Source of the DNA: Alphaproteobacteria bacterium
GTDB taxonomy: Bacteria; Pseudomonadota; Alphaproteobacteria; SP197
Reading direction: 5' to 3'
DNA: 64,000 nt
Assembly: GCA_009694045.1 (NCBI GenBank)
Contig: SHVY01000002.1
Coordinates: 39,491-103,490 of the forward strand
The notes beneath the pieces were generated by a model. The model saw only the letters and a list, made by a program, of their open reading frames with translations. It searched no databases and was not told the origin of the DNA. Shown here one piece after another: positions 19,315-32,958 of this stretch. Positions within the stretch are counted from its first letter, which is position 1, and every line of letters starts with the position of its first letter. The translations under genes and the position numbers were made by a program.

Positions 19315-19399
19315 GCCTCACCTCCAACCCGGCGAAGGGTACCATTGCCCAAGCGGGCAGGACTTGCCATCATCCTGGGTGTTGTCGCGGAGACCCGTC

Positions 19400-20596
19400 A
19401 TGGCCCGACCCGTGCCCCGGAAACCCGAGATCGCTGAGCAGCTTCTGCCGCCGGCGGCGTACCTGTCCGACGCTTGGTTCGAGCGCGAGCAGCGCGAGCT
19501 GTTCTCCCGCGCCTGGTCATTCGCCTGCACCACCCCGGACGTGTCGGAGCCCGGCGACTATCTGGTCGTCCAGGTTGGCCGTTACCCGATGTTCGTGATC
19601 CGCGACCGGGACGGCGAGCTGCGCGCCTACCACAACATCTGCCGCCATCGCGGCACCCAGGTGCTGGAGGGCAAGGGCAATCAGCGCCACGGCATCGTCT
19701 GCCGCTACCACACCTGGACCTACAACCTCGACGGCTCCCTGCGCGGCCTGCCGAAGCACGCCGAACTGTTCCCCGACCTGGACGTGAAGCGCATCGGCCT
19801 GCACAAGGGCAGCCTCGGCGTGCTGGGCGACCTCGTGTTCGTCAACCCGGACCCGGACCCGGAGCCCTTCGCCGACTGGCTCGGCGGAATCGAAGGGACC
19901 CACATGTGGCCCCACCGCGTCGCCGGACTCTCGGAGAAGCGCCCAATCCGCTACGACATCGCCTGCAATTGGAAGTTGTTCTGCGAAAACGCGATGGACG
20001 GCTACCACCTGTCCTACCTGCACGACAAGACGCTGATGGGACCAGATTCGATGCGCCAGGATTGGGATGCGGTGGGTCGCCATTGGGTGTTCATCAGCTT
20101 CGGCGAATCGGCGAACCGGCAGGACACTCAGTATTCCCCGATTCCGGGCGTCGATGCCTCGGGCCGCCACCCGGTGGTTTGGCAGTTCTTCCCCAACAGC
20201 GGCGTGCTAGGGACCTCGATCTTCTTCTCGGCCTACACCATCGTCCCGGTCGCCCCCGAACGCTGCTACCTCGAACTGCGCACCTGGATGATGCCGATGG
20301 AGACCCAAAGGGAGGAGAAACGCGTTCGCCCCTCGGGCTCGTCGGGCCACGGCACCATCATGCCCGACGGCAAGCGGTTGATCTCGATCCCGACCCTCAG
20401 CGGCCACGCCATGGACTCCCTGGACTTCCAGATCGAGGACATGTGGATCTGCGAGCGTCAGCAGGGGGCGCTGCGCTCGCCGCGCTTCCAGGTCGGACCG
20501 CTCGCCGCCCGGGTCGAGACCGCGTTGACTTTCTTCCAGCGCAACATCCTCGATTTCGTCCCCCTCGACTCCCCGCTCTCGCGCGCCGCGGAGTAG
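19400..20596 (+). CDS. Rieske (2Fe-2S) aromatic-ring-hydroxylating oxygenase alpha subunit (GbcA/CntA-like)
   Basis: CRHRG..CRYHTWTY Rieske motif plus a C-terminal catalytic domain. Internal ATG at 19400. Confidence 0.8.
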   Translation: MARPVPRKPEIAEQLLPPAAYLSDAWFEREQRELFSRAWSFACTTPDVSEPGDYLVVQVGRYPMFVIRDRDGELRAYHNICRHRGTQVLEGKGNQRHGIVCRYHTWTYNLDGSLRGLPKHAELFPDLDVKRIGLHKGSLGVLGDLVFVNPDPDPEPFADWLGGIEGTHMWPHRVAGLSEKRPIRYDIACNWKLFCENAMDGYHLSYLHDKTLMGPDSMRQDWDAVGRHWVFISFGESANRQDTQYSPIPGVDASGRHPVVWQFFPNSGVLGTSIFFSAYTIVPVAPERCYLELRTWMMPMETQREEKRVRPSGSSGHGTIMPDGKRLISIPTLSGHAMDSLDFQIEDMWICERQQGALRSPRFQVGPLAARVETALTFFQRNILDFVPLDSPLSRAAE

Positions 20597-20691
20597 GCTC
20601 GGTGAATCCAGTGTTCTCGCCGCCGAAGAGCCCTTCCCCGCGCGGGCTCGAGGGCGAACGCCGCCGCCCGAGACGGTAAGGAGAGGGGGCG

Positions 20692-22713
20692 ATGCCGAAG
20701 ACCGTATTTCTCGGCGACGCCGAACTTGCGCGCCTCCTCGCCGCGAGCTCCGCGGGCATCTCGGTCGCGGACGTGCGAGAACTCGTCGCCGGCGTGCTGG
20801 CCGCGCCCGAAGGCTGGGACCCCGACGCCTGGTTGACGCTGGTCGCGCCGCGGCCGTCGCCCGAACTCGCCGAGCAACTTCGCGCCCTCAAGGCGACCCA
20901 GGGCGGTGCCGAGGATTCGGGCCCGAACGGCGCCACCCGCCTCGCGGCCTTGCGCGCGGAACTGGCGCGCCGCGGCTTCGACGGGTTCGTTGTGCCGCTC
21001 GCCGACGAGCACCAGGGCGAATACCTCCCGCCCCGGGCGCGGCGTCTCGCCTGGCTCACCGGCTTCACCGGCTCGTTCGGCCTCGCCGCCGTGCTGGCCG
21101 ATAGGGGTGCGATCTTCGTCGACGGCCGCTACACCCTGCAGGCCGAGGCCCAGGTCGACGGCGCCCTGTTCGAGCGTCATCACCATACCCAGAGCCCGCC
21201 CGAGGCCTGGCTCGCCGCTCATGCGAAGCCGGGCGCCAAGGTCGGCTTCGATCCCTGGCTCCATACCAAGAACGACGTGGAGAAGATTCGCTCCGCCCTC
21301 GCCAAGGTCGGCGTGACGTTCGTGGGCGCGTCCCCCAACCCGCTCGACACGGTGTGGTCCGACCAGCCGCCGCCGCCGATCGCCCCCATCGTCCCCCATG
21401 ACGAGGTCTTTGCCGGCCGCCCCTCCACCGCCAAGCGGCGCGACATCGCCGCCTTGATCGTCAAGGAGGGGGCCGCGGCCTGCGTGCTGTCGGACCCGGC
21501 CTCGATCGCCTGGCTGCTCAACGTCCGGGGCGGCGACGTGCCGAACGCGCCCATGCCCCTCTCCTTCGCCATCGCCCATGCCGACGGCCGGGTCGACCTG
21601 TTCGTCGATCGCCGCAAATTGGCCCCCGGGCTCGGCCAGCATCTCGGCCCCGACGTGGGGTTGCACGATCCCCTCGAACTCGGGTCCGGCATCGACGCCG
21701 CAGTCGCCGGCGGCCGGCGCTTGCTGTGCGACCCGCGCTCCGCTCCCTACTGGGTGTTCGAGCGGGTGCGGGCCGCCGGATCGGAGCCGGTCGAGGCCGC
21801 CGACCCTTGCGCACTTCCGCGCGCCCGCAAGAACCCGATCGAGCTCGACGGTACCCGCGCGGCCCACGTGCGCGACGGCGCCGCCATCACCCGCTACCTG
21901 GCCTGGCTCGAGGTTGCTGCCGCCACAGGCACGCTGACCGAAATCGACGCCGCCGATCGGCTCTATGCCGTGCGCGCCGGGGGGACGCTCTATCGCGGCC
22001 CGAGCTTCGACACGATCTCCGGCGCCGGCCCCAACGGCGCCATCGTCCACTACCACGCGACGCCGGAGACCAACCGCAAGCTGGAGCCGGGTTCGCTGTT
22101 CCTGCTCGATTCGGGCGGGCAGTACCTGGACGGCACCACCGACATCACCCGCACCATCGCCATCGGCACCCCGACGCCAGAGATGCGCCGGCATTTCACC
22201 GCCGTCCTCAAGGGCCACATCGCCCTCGCCCTCGCCCGCTTCCCGGTCGGGACCACCGGATCGCAGCTCGATGCGCTCGCCAGACAGCCCCTGTGGCAAT
22301 TGGGGCTCGACTACGACCACGGCACGGGCCATGGGGTCGGCAGCTATCTCAGCGTTCACGAAGGCCCGCACCGCATCTCGAAGGTGGCTAACTCGGTCGC
22401 TCTCGAACCGGGCATGATCGTCTCCAACGAACCCGGCTACTACCGCGCCGGCGCCTATGGCATTCGCATCGAGAACCTGATCGTGGTGGTCGCGGACGAG
22501 GGCGGCAAGCGCCCCATGCTCCGTTTCGAGACCCTGACCCGCGCGCCCATCGATCTCAACCTGGTCGATCGTTCCATGTTGACGGACACCGAGATCGCCT
22601 GGCTCGACGGCTACCACAAGGAGGTGCGGGAGGCGGTCGGACCATCCCTGGACGCGACTCAGGCGGCGTGGCTCGCGCAGGCGACCCGCCCGCTGGAACC
22701 GATGCCGGGATGA
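20692..22713 (+). CDS. pepP: Xaa-Pro aminopeptidase (M24B, aminopeptidase P)
   Basis: AMP_N and M24 domains (HGTGHGVGSYLSVHEGP) with a C-terminal PepP domain. GGAGAGGGGG RBS. There is a ~70-aa N-terminal extension. Confidence 0.85.
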   Translation: MPKTVFLGDAELARLLAASSAGISVADVRELVAGVLAAPEGWDPDAWLTLVAPRPSPELAEQLRALKATQGGAEDSGPNGATRLAALRAELARRGFDGFVVPLADEHQGEYLPPRARRLAWLTGFTGSFGLAAVLADRGAIFVDGRYTLQAEAQVDGALFERHHHTQSPPEAWLAAHAKPGAKVGFDPWLHTKNDVEKIRSALAKVGVTFVGASPNPLDTVWSDQPPPPIAPIVPHDEVFAGRPSTAKRRDIAALIVKEGAAACVLSDPASIAWLLNVRGGDVPNAPMPLSFAIAHADGRVDLFVDRRKLAPGLGQHLGPDVGLHDPLELGSGIDAAVAGGRRLLCDPRSAPYWVFERVRAAGSEPVEAADPCALPRARKNPIELDGTRAAHVRDGAAITRYLAWLEVAAATGTLTEIDAADRLYAVRAGGTLYRGPSFDTISGAGPNGAIVHYHATPETNRKLEPGSLFLLDSGGQYLDGTTDITRTIAIGTPTPEMRRHFTAVLKGHIALALARFPVGTTGSQLDALARQPLWQLGLDYDHGTGHGVGSYLSVHEGPHRISKVANSVALEPGMIVSNEPGYYRAGAYGIRIENLIVVVADEGGKRPMLRFETLTRAPIDLNLVDRSMLTDTEIAWLDGYHKEVREAVGPSLDATQAAWLAQATRPLEPMPG

Positions 22714-22970
22714 AGCACGCCGGCGACGTGGCTCTGGACCAGCTCGACGATCTGTTGGCCCGCCTCCGCGCCACCGAGACCTTGCGCGAACGCAAGCGCG
22801 GCATCTTCTATCGCGGCGGCACGGCCACCCTTCACTTCCACGAGGACGCCGCCGGACTGTTCGCCGACCTGAAGGTCGGCGCCGCGTTCGAACGCCATCC
22901 GGTGACGACCGCCGTCGAGCGGCGCGCCTTTCTCGCCACCTTTAAACGCCACATCGCACGAGAGCCATGA
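22710..22970 (+). CDS. Hypothetical 86-aa protein, translationally coupled on both sides (ATGA/ATGA)
   Basis: The ATG at 22710 overlaps the pepP stop and its stop overlaps the dmpA1 ATG. No recognisable domain. Confidence 0.4.
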   Translation: MKHAGDVALDQLDDLLARLRATETLRERKRGIFYRGGTATLHFHEDAAGLFADLKVGAAFERHPVTTAVERRAFLATFKRHIAREP

Positions 22971-24073
22971 CCAATCCCCATCTCGCGACCCCCTCGGGAA
23001 AGCACCGCGCCCGCGCCCTCGGCATCCCGTTCGACGGCCAGCCGGGCGCCAACAACGCAATTACCGACGTCCCCGGGGTCGAGGTCGGCTACGCCACCCT
23101 GATCCGGGGCGACGGCCCGTTGGTGGTCGGCAAGGGCCCGGTGCGGACCGGGGTCACGGCCATCCTGCCGCGCGGCCACGGGGGCCTCGGCGAACCCTGC
23201 TTCGCCGGCACCTTCAGCCTGAACGGCAACGGCGAGCTTACCGGCACCATTTGGATCGAGGAGGCCGGCCGGCTCGGCACGCCGATCACCATCACCAACA
23301 CCCACTCCTGCGGCATCGCCCGCGACGCCACCATCGCCTGGCAGGTCCGCAAGGACGCACGCTACGTCGATCCCTTTGCCTTGCCGGTCGCCGGCGAGAC
23401 CTACGACGGCTGGCTGAACGACATCAACGGCTTCCACGTGAAGGAGGACCATGTTTTCCAGGCCCTCGATGCCGCGCAGGGCGGGCCGATCGAGGAAGGC
23501 AGTGTCGGCGGCGGCACCGGCATGATCGCCTATGAGTTCAAGGGCGGCTCGGGCACCGCCTCGCGGGTCGTCGCCTACGAGGGGCGCCGGTTCACCGTCG
23601 GCGCCTTCGTCCAGGCAAATTTCGGGGTGCGCGATCAGCTCGTGATCGCCGGCGTGCCGGTCGGCCGCCACCTGCCCGAGGGCAGCTTCCGCGCCAGAGA
23701 AAGCGGTTCGATCATCGCGGTCATCGCCACCGACGCGCCTCTCCTGCCGCATCAGCTCAAGCGCCTGGCCCGGCGCATCGGCCTCGGCGTCGGCCGTTCC
23801 GGCGCGGTGTCGGGCAACAGCTCCGGCGACATCTTCCTCGCGTTTTCCACCGCGAACCTCGGCGCGGCGGGGGCGAGGCTGGGCCTTCCCGCCGCGACCT
23901 TCATACCCGAGGACCAGATCGACTCCCTGTTCACGGCCGTCATCCGTGCGACCGACGAGGCGATCCTCAATGCCATGGTCGCCAACCAGACCATGATCGG
24001 GCGCGACGGCCACACGGTCCTGGCCCTGCCCCACGACAGGGTCCGCGAGCTGCTCGCCAAGTATGGCCGCTGA
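22967..24073 (+). CDS. DmpA/S58-family peptidase (L-aminopeptidase D-Ala-esterase/amidase-like), copy 1
   Basis: S58 (DmpA/OAT) fold sequence: NAITDVPGVEVGY..GPVRTGVTAIL..GGGTGMIAYEFKGG. Confidence 0.8.
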   Translation: MTNPHLATPSGKHRARALGIPFDGQPGANNAITDVPGVEVGYATLIRGDGPLVVGKGPVRTGVTAILPRGHGGLGEPCFAGTFSLNGNGELTGTIWIEEAGRLGTPITITNTHSCGIARDATIAWQVRKDARYVDPFALPVAGETYDGWLNDINGFHVKEDHVFQALDAAQGGPIEEGSVGGGTGMIAYEFKGGSGTASRVVAYEGRRFTVGAFVQANFGVRDQLVIAGVPVGRHLPEGSFRARESGSIIAVIATDAPLLPHQLKRLARRIGLGVGRSGAVSGNSSGDIFLAFSTANLGAAGARLGLPAATFIPEDQIDSLFTAVIRATDEAILNAMVANQTMIGRDGHTVLALPHDRVRELLAKYGR

Positions 24074-25193
24074 TCCCAGGCGCGAGACCCCATCGGGCAA
24101 GCCCCGCGCGCGCGCGCTCGGCGTGCCCTTCGATGGCGAGCCGGGTCCCAACAACGCCATCACCGACGTGGCCGGGGTCGAGGTCGGCTACTGCACCCTG
24201 ATCCGCGGCGACGGCCCCTTGGTCGTCGGCCAGGGCCCGGTGCGCACCGGCGTCACCGCCATCCTGCCGCGTGGGCGCGGGGCCGTCCTCGACCCCGTCT
24301 TCGCCGGCACCCACGATCTCAACGGCTGGGGCGAGCTCACCGGCACCCACCGCATCGAGGGCGCGGGTCTCTGCGGCGGGCCCATCACCATCACCAACAG
24401 CATGTCGGTCGGCGTGGTGCGGGATGCCGCCGCCCGCTGGCTCGCCGACAACCAGAACCCCGAGCGGCTCATGGATCTCATGGGCCTTTCGATCCGGGTG
24501 ACCGGCGAGACCTACGACGGCGATCTCAACGACATCGTCGGCCAGCACGTCCGCCCCGAGCACGTGGTCCAGGCGATCGAGGGCGCCCGCGGCGGCCCCC
24601 TCGAACTGGGCAGCGTCGGTGGCGGCACCGGGATGATCGCCTACGAGTTCAAGGGCGGCTGTGGCTCGGCCTCGCGGATCGTCACCTGCGACGGGCGTGC
24701 CTACTCCGTCGGCGTCTTCGTCCAGGCGAACCACGGCCTGCGGCGCGATCTGATCGTCGCCGGCATTCCCGTTGGCCGGATGTTGGGCACGGACCGGGTG
24801 CGGGCCGACGACATGGGTTCGATCATCGGGGTCTGCGCGACCGATGTGCCGCTGCTGCCCCAGCAACTGAAGCGTGTGGCCCAGCGTGTCGGCCTCGGGC
24901 TCGCGCGCACGGGGGCGATCGCCAGAAACGGTTCCGGTGAAATGTTCTTGGCCTTCTCGGTCGCGAATCCGGGCGTGCTCGGGGCCACGGAGGGCCCGCG
25001 ATACGCTTGTTTCGTCCACGACATCCACCTCTCGACCCTGTTCGAGGGAGTCGTGAGCGCGGCCGAGGAGGCCGTGATCGACGCCATGGTCGCCAATGCC
25101 CCCATGACCGGCCGCGACGGCAGAACCGTCCCCGCCCTACCCCACAAAGACTTGATTTCGTTGCTTTCCCACCATCGGCGTCTGACGTCCTAA
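24063..25193 (+). CDS. DmpA/S58-family peptidase, tandem paralog copy 2
   Basis: Collinear with copy 1 along the whole length. The ATG at 24063 overlaps the copy-1 stop by 11 nt. Confidence 0.8.
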   Translation: MAADPRRETPSGKPRARALGVPFDGEPGPNNAITDVAGVEVGYCTLIRGDGPLVVGQGPVRTGVTAILPRGRGAVLDPVFAGTHDLNGWGELTGTHRIEGAGLCGGPITITNSMSVGVVRDAAARWLADNQNPERLMDLMGLSIRVTGETYDGDLNDIVGQHVRPEHVVQAIEGARGGPLELGSVGGGTGMIAYEFKGGCGSASRIVTCDGRAYSVGVFVQANHGLRRDLIVAGIPVGRMLGTDRVRADDMGSIIGVCATDVPLLPQQLKRVAQRVGLGLARTGAIARNGSGEMFLAFSVANPGVLGATEGPRYACFVHDIHLSTLFEGVVSAAEEAVIDAMVANAPMTGRDGRTVPALPHKDLISLLSHHRRLTS

Positions 25194-25366
25194 CCTGGAC
25201 CGTTTTGGAACAGGGGCGGGACAAGGTGTCGGTGCCTTGGTCACCTGGGCGACTCGTCCGTTTCCGATCGGTATGGTTAATTCGTGGTTAATCAAGGGTT
25301 TGTGCCTTGGCACCGAGCTTTGGCACGGACCTTGGAAGGAGAGGTAAGGGACAGCGATGTCCTCAG

Positions 25367-25419
25367 GGCGCTCTCCCGCCATCCCCCCTCCCGCCTCGTC
25401 AGGCCGGCGGGGGAGCGCC
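25367..25419. other. Imperfect 14-bp inverted repeat (GGCGCTCTCCCGCC ... GGCGGGGGAGCGCC) immediately downstream of ligA
   Basis: One mismatch; nested inner CCGCC/GGCGG pairing; no U-tract on either side. Confidence 0.2.
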
Positions 25420-25422
25420 CGA

Positions 25423-29189
<3,767 letters not shown>

Positions 29190-29203
29190 CGTGGTCGCCG
29201 GCG

Positions 29204-30019
29204 TCAGAGCAAGCCACCGAACGCGCGGCTGATCCACGAGCCTTCGTCCTCGATCGGCTCGAGATTATTGTCGACGAGCAGGCGATAGCTGTCCACGTAC
29301 CAGCCGCTTCCGGGAAAGTTGTAGCCGAGCACAGCCGCCGCCGTCTGGGCTTCGGTTTCGACCCCAAGCGCCAGATAGGTTTCGACCAGCCGGTGCAGCG
29401 CCTCGGGTACGTGGCTCGTCGTCTGGTACTTCTCCAGCACGGTGCGGAACCGGTTGATCGCGCCAATATGGTCGCTGCGCCCCTGGTAGAAGCGCCCGAT
29501 CGCCATCTCCTTGCCGGCCAGATGGTCGTGCGCCAGGTCGATCTTGAGCTTGGCGTCGCGGGCGTAGTCGGTCCCGGGAAACCGTTGCACCACCTCGTCC
29601 AGCGCCTTCATGGCCAGCTCCGTCAAGCGCTGGTCCCGCTGCACGTCCGAGATCTGCTCGTAGTACGACAGCGCGATCAGGTAGTAGGCGTAGTCGACGT
29701 CGTCGTGCCCGGGATGAAGCTGGACGAATCGATCGGCGGCGATGATCGATTCGTCGTAGGCATTGGCCTGATAGTAGGCGTACGCGGCCATCAGCTGAGC
29801 CCGCGTCGCCCAGACCGAGAACGGATGCTGGCGTTCAACCTCGTCGAACGCCTCGGCCGCGACCTCGTACTCCTTCTCCTCCGCCAGGTCGACGGCCCGG
29901 TTGTAGAGCTCCTCGACCGGCTGCTCGACGTAGGAGTCCTCCGTGTCGACGCAAGCCCCGAGCAACAGGACAGCGACCGCGATCAGCGATCCCTTGAGTG
30001 TGATCATCCGCATCGTCAT
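29204..30019 (-). CDS. bamD: Outer-membrane protein assembly factor BamD (TPR lipoprotein)
   Basis: Lipobox LLLGAC and TPR repeats. Confidence 0.8.
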   Translation of the reverse strand: MTMRMITLKGSLIAVAVLLLGACVDTEDSYVEQPVEELYNRAVDLAEEKEYEVAAEAFDEVERQHPFSVWATRAQLMAAYAYYQANAYDESIIAADRFVQLHPGHDDVDYAYYLIALSYYEQISDVQRDQRLTELAMKALDEVVQRFPGTDYARDAKLKIDLAHDHLAGKEMAIGRFYQGRSDHIGAINRFRTVLEKYQTTSHVPEALHRLVETYLALGVETEAQTAAAVLGYNFPGSGWYVDSYRLLVDNNLEPIEDEGSWISRAFGGLL

Positions 30020-30058
30020 GGGGCGGAGTCTAGCATCCGAGCGGTCCCGCGCCCAAGC

Positions 30059-30961
30059 TCACCCAGCCTCCGCGACGCGATCGGGAGCCGGTGCCCCGAG
30101 CGCCTCGTGGCGCCAGGCGTCCGGGTCGGCGAAGAGAGCCCGCAACAGGGCATTGTTGAGCCCATGCCCCGACCGTCTGCCGATGAAACGGCCGATCAGC
30201 GGGGCGCCCGCCAGGTAGAGGTCGCCCAGGGCATCGAGGATCTTGTGGCGGACGAACTCGTTGGCATGCCGCAGCCCGCCCGGGTTCAGCACGCGGTCGC
30301 GGGCCACGACGACGGCATTGTCCAGGGATCCGCCGCGGCCGAATCCGGCGGCCCGCAGCGCGTCCACGTCGTCGAGGAACCCGTACGTGCGGGCCGGCGC
30401 GATCATCGTCCGGAACGATCGCGGGGTCACCGCCACGATGTCGTGCTGCCGCCCGATCGGCGTGCCCGCGTGATCGATGGCGAGGTCGAGCACCAGCCCT
30501 TCGCCCGGCTCCAGGGAGGCGTGGGCGGCGCCATGATCGACGCGCACCAACTTCAACACGCGAATCCCGCGCCGTGGCGCGTCCTGGGCCACCAGCCCGA
30601 CGGCGTCGATCAGGGCGACGAACGGGGCCGCACTGCCGTCCATGATCGGCAACTCAGGGCCGTCGATCTCGATCACCGCATTGTCGATCTCGAGCCCGGC
30701 GAGGGCCGCCATCAGATGCTCGACGGTGGCGACCGTCACGCCGTCGGCCGATCCGATCGACGTCCGCAGGCGGGTTTCGACCACGTGGCTATGCCGCGCC
30801 GGGATGGGCGGGGCGCGATCCCCAAGATCGATGCGGCGAAACTGGATGCCGCCGTCCGCCCGGCCAGGGCGCAAGGTCACGGTGGCGACCACGCCATCGT
30901 GCAGCCCCACGCCGTGAAAGGTCACGGGACCGCCGACCGTCTGCTGCCAGGATTCGCTCAC
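30059..30961 (-). CDS. lpxC: UDP-3-O-acyl-N-acetylglucosamine deacetylase
   Basis: Full-length LpxC. GTG start at 30961. Confidence 0.95.
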   Translation of the reverse strand: MSESWQQTVGGPVTFHGVGLHDGVVATVTLRPGRADGGIQFRRIDLGDRAPPIPARHSHVVETRLRTSIGSADGVTVATVEHLMAALAGLEIDNAVIEIDGPELPIMDGSAAPFVALIDAVGLVAQDAPRRGIRVLKLVRVDHGAAHASLEPGEGLVLDLAIDHAGTPIGRQHDIVAVTPRSFRTMIAPARTYGFLDDVDALRAAGFGRGGSLDNAVVVARDRVLNPGGLRHANEFVRHKILDALGDLYLAGAPLIGRFIGRRSGHGLNNALLRALFADPDAWRHEALGAPAPDRVAEAG

Positions 30962-31005
30962 CGCGCCACCCTAGGGCAATCGTGGGTCGGCGAGAAGGTC
31001 CCGCC

Positions 31006-31166
31006 CCCCGTGTCATGTCCCGAAGGAGACGACACGGGGAGAGAGTTATCTAGTGGTCCGCCCCAAACGCTTGATTCCCGATCATGGTGTTTGGGGCGGA
31101 CCACGGGATGAGAGTCTCATTGGGGGTTTGGCCCGACGGATCGGAATCGATCCGTCGGGCCAAACC
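31006..31166. repeat. Three GC-rich perfect hairpins in the ftsZ-lpxC intergenic region
   Basis: Hairpin 1 at 31006-31039: 9-bp stem CCCCGTGTC/GACACGGGG. Hairpin 2 at 31053-31104: 16-bp stem GTGGTCCGCCCCAAAC/GTTTGGGGCGGACCAC with a 20-nt loop. Hairpin 3 at 31125-31166: 18-bp stem GGTTTGGCCCGACGGATC/GATCCGTCGGGCCAAACC with a 6-nt loop. Confidence 0.5.
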
Positions 31167-31172
31167 ACTAGT

Positions 31173-32795
31173 TCAGTTGGCCTGGCGCCGCAGGAACGCC
31201 GGGATGTCGAGCACGTCGTCGAAGCTGCTCGCCGCGAGCCGGTCCGCCGGTTGCGGGCGGAACAGCTCCGATGCGGCGGTCTCGACCGTCGCCTCGGCCT
31301 TCGGCGCGGGCTTGGGGGCCTCGGCCGGAGCCTTCTCGACCTTCGCCCGACCCGCGCCGGTCATCCGCTCGAGCAGGCTCGGGATGCGGCGACGCTCCTC
31401 CGTCGCCTCGGCGGCCCGGGTCACGGGTGCCACGGGAGCGAACGGACGCTTGGGTTCGGCCGGCCGGGTGGGGATGAACCGATCGCGCACCGCTTCCTGC
31501 GGCTGCGGCGCCGGCTCGGCCTTGACCGGGGCGGGTTCGGGCCTCGCCGCCATCGTCGGGGCCGGGGCAGGCGTGGGTGGCGCCGGCACGTCGAGCGCGA
31601 CTTCCTGCATGGCAAGGGCCGTTTGCCCCGATGACGCGAGCACCTGGGTGGTGCGCATGGCCATCGCCGCCCCCTCGGCCGCCGCGATCAACGGTGCCGC
31701 GGCCGCCCCGACGGCGGCGTGCGCCGCCTGGGCCACGGCGTCGCCGCCCTTCACCAGCACGGGACGCATCGGGGTCCCTTGCGGACGCCCCAACGTCTGC
31801 GCCCGGAACGGGCTCTGGCTCGCGGACGCCTGGGCTTCGATGCCGGTCGCCACCAGCGAGATCCGCATCCGCCCCGTAAGGGCCTCCTCGAACGTCGCAC
31901 CGAAGATGATGTTGGCGTCGGGATCGACCTCTTCCCGGATCCGGTTGGCGGCCTCGTCGACCTCGAACAGGGTCATGTCGGAGCCGCCGGAGATGTTGAT
32001 GAGGACGCCGCGCGCACCCTTCATCGATACGTCGTCGAGCAGCGGGTTGCTGATCGCGGCCTCGGCGGCCTCGGTCGCCCGCTTCTCGCCGCCCGCCTCG
32101 CCGGTGCCCATCATCGCCTTGCCCATCTCGCTCATCACCGTGCGCACGTCGGCGAAATCGAGGTTGATGAGGCCCGGCTGCACCATCAGGTCGGTGACGC
32201 CCCGCACGCCGGCGCTGAGCACCCCGTCGGCCATGTTGAAGGCATCCGCGAACGTGGTCTTGTCGTTCGCCACCCGGAACAGGTTCTGGTTGGGGATGAC
32301 GATCAGGGTATCGACGTATTGTTGCAGGTCGACGATCCCCTCCTCGGCCACCCGCATGCGCTGGGTGCCCTCGAAGTGGAACGGCTTGGTGACGACGCCC
32401 ACGGTCAGGATACCCATCTCGCGCGCCGCGCGGGCGACGATGGGCGCGGCACCTGTGCCGGTCCCGCCGCCCATGCCGGCGGCGATGAAGCACATGTTGC
32501 TACCCTGCAGGTGGCTGATGATTTCCTCTATGGCCTCTTCCGCTGCGGAGCGTCCCACGTCCGGCCGCGATCCGGCGCCGAGGCCCTGGGTGAAGGACAC
32601 CCCGAGCTGGATGCGCCGATCGGTGAGGCACTGGCTCAGCGCCTGGGCATCGGTGTTGGCACAGACAAAGTCGACGCCCGCGAGCTTCGTCCTGATCATG
32701 TTGTTGACCGCATTGCCGCCGGCCCCGCCAAGGCCGAAGACGATGATTTGCGGCTTCAACCGCTGCGTTTCCGGAATCCCTAAATTGAGTGCCAT
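31173..32795 (-). CDS. ftsZ: Cell division GTPase FtsZ (long alphaproteobacterial linker)
   Basis: GGGTGTG tubulin motif. GGAGGA RBS before the ATG at 32795. Confidence 0.97.
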   Translation of the reverse strand: MALNLGIPETQRLKPQIIVFGLGGAGGNAVNNMIRTKLAGVDFVCANTDAQALSQCLTDRRIQLGVSFTQGLGAGSRPDVGRSAAEEAIEEIISHLQGSNMCFIAAGMGGGTGTGAAPIVARAAREMGILTVGVVTKPFHFEGTQRMRVAEEGIVDLQQYVDTLIVIPNQNLFRVANDKTTFADAFNMADGVLSAGVRGVTDLMVQPGLINLDFADVRTVMSEMGKAMMGTGEAGGEKRATEAAEAAISNPLLDDVSMKGARGVLINISGGSDMTLFEVDEAANRIREEVDPDANIIFGATFEEALTGRMRISLVATGIEAQASASQSPFRAQTLGRPQGTPMRPVLVKGGDAVAQAAHAAVGAAAAPLIAAAEGAAMAMRTTQVLASSGQTALAMQEVALDVPAPPTPAPAPTMAARPEPAPVKAEPAPQPQEAVRDRFIPTRPAEPKRPFAPVAPVTRAAEATEERRRIPSLLERMTGAGRAKVEKAPAEAPKPAPKAEATVETAASELFRPQPADRLAASSFDDVLDIPAFLRRQAN

Positions 32796-32958
32796 GTCTT
32801 CCTCCAGGGCATTACCGCCCGCCTAAGTTCCACACGCGCGCGATCGCTCGCACGCTCTTGCGCCACGTCTTCGGCCGCTCGGCCTATCCGTCCCTCATCC
32901 CCGTCCCACGCCATGTCCCTCCTCCTTCATGGTTTTGTCCCTTGCGCCACCCCGTCGT

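Noticed and set aside
25276-25300. The GGTTAAT ... GGTTAAT direct repeat downstream of dmpA2 as a regulatory site
   Set aside because: It is a short single repeat pair in a convergent-gene spacer, with no supporting context.
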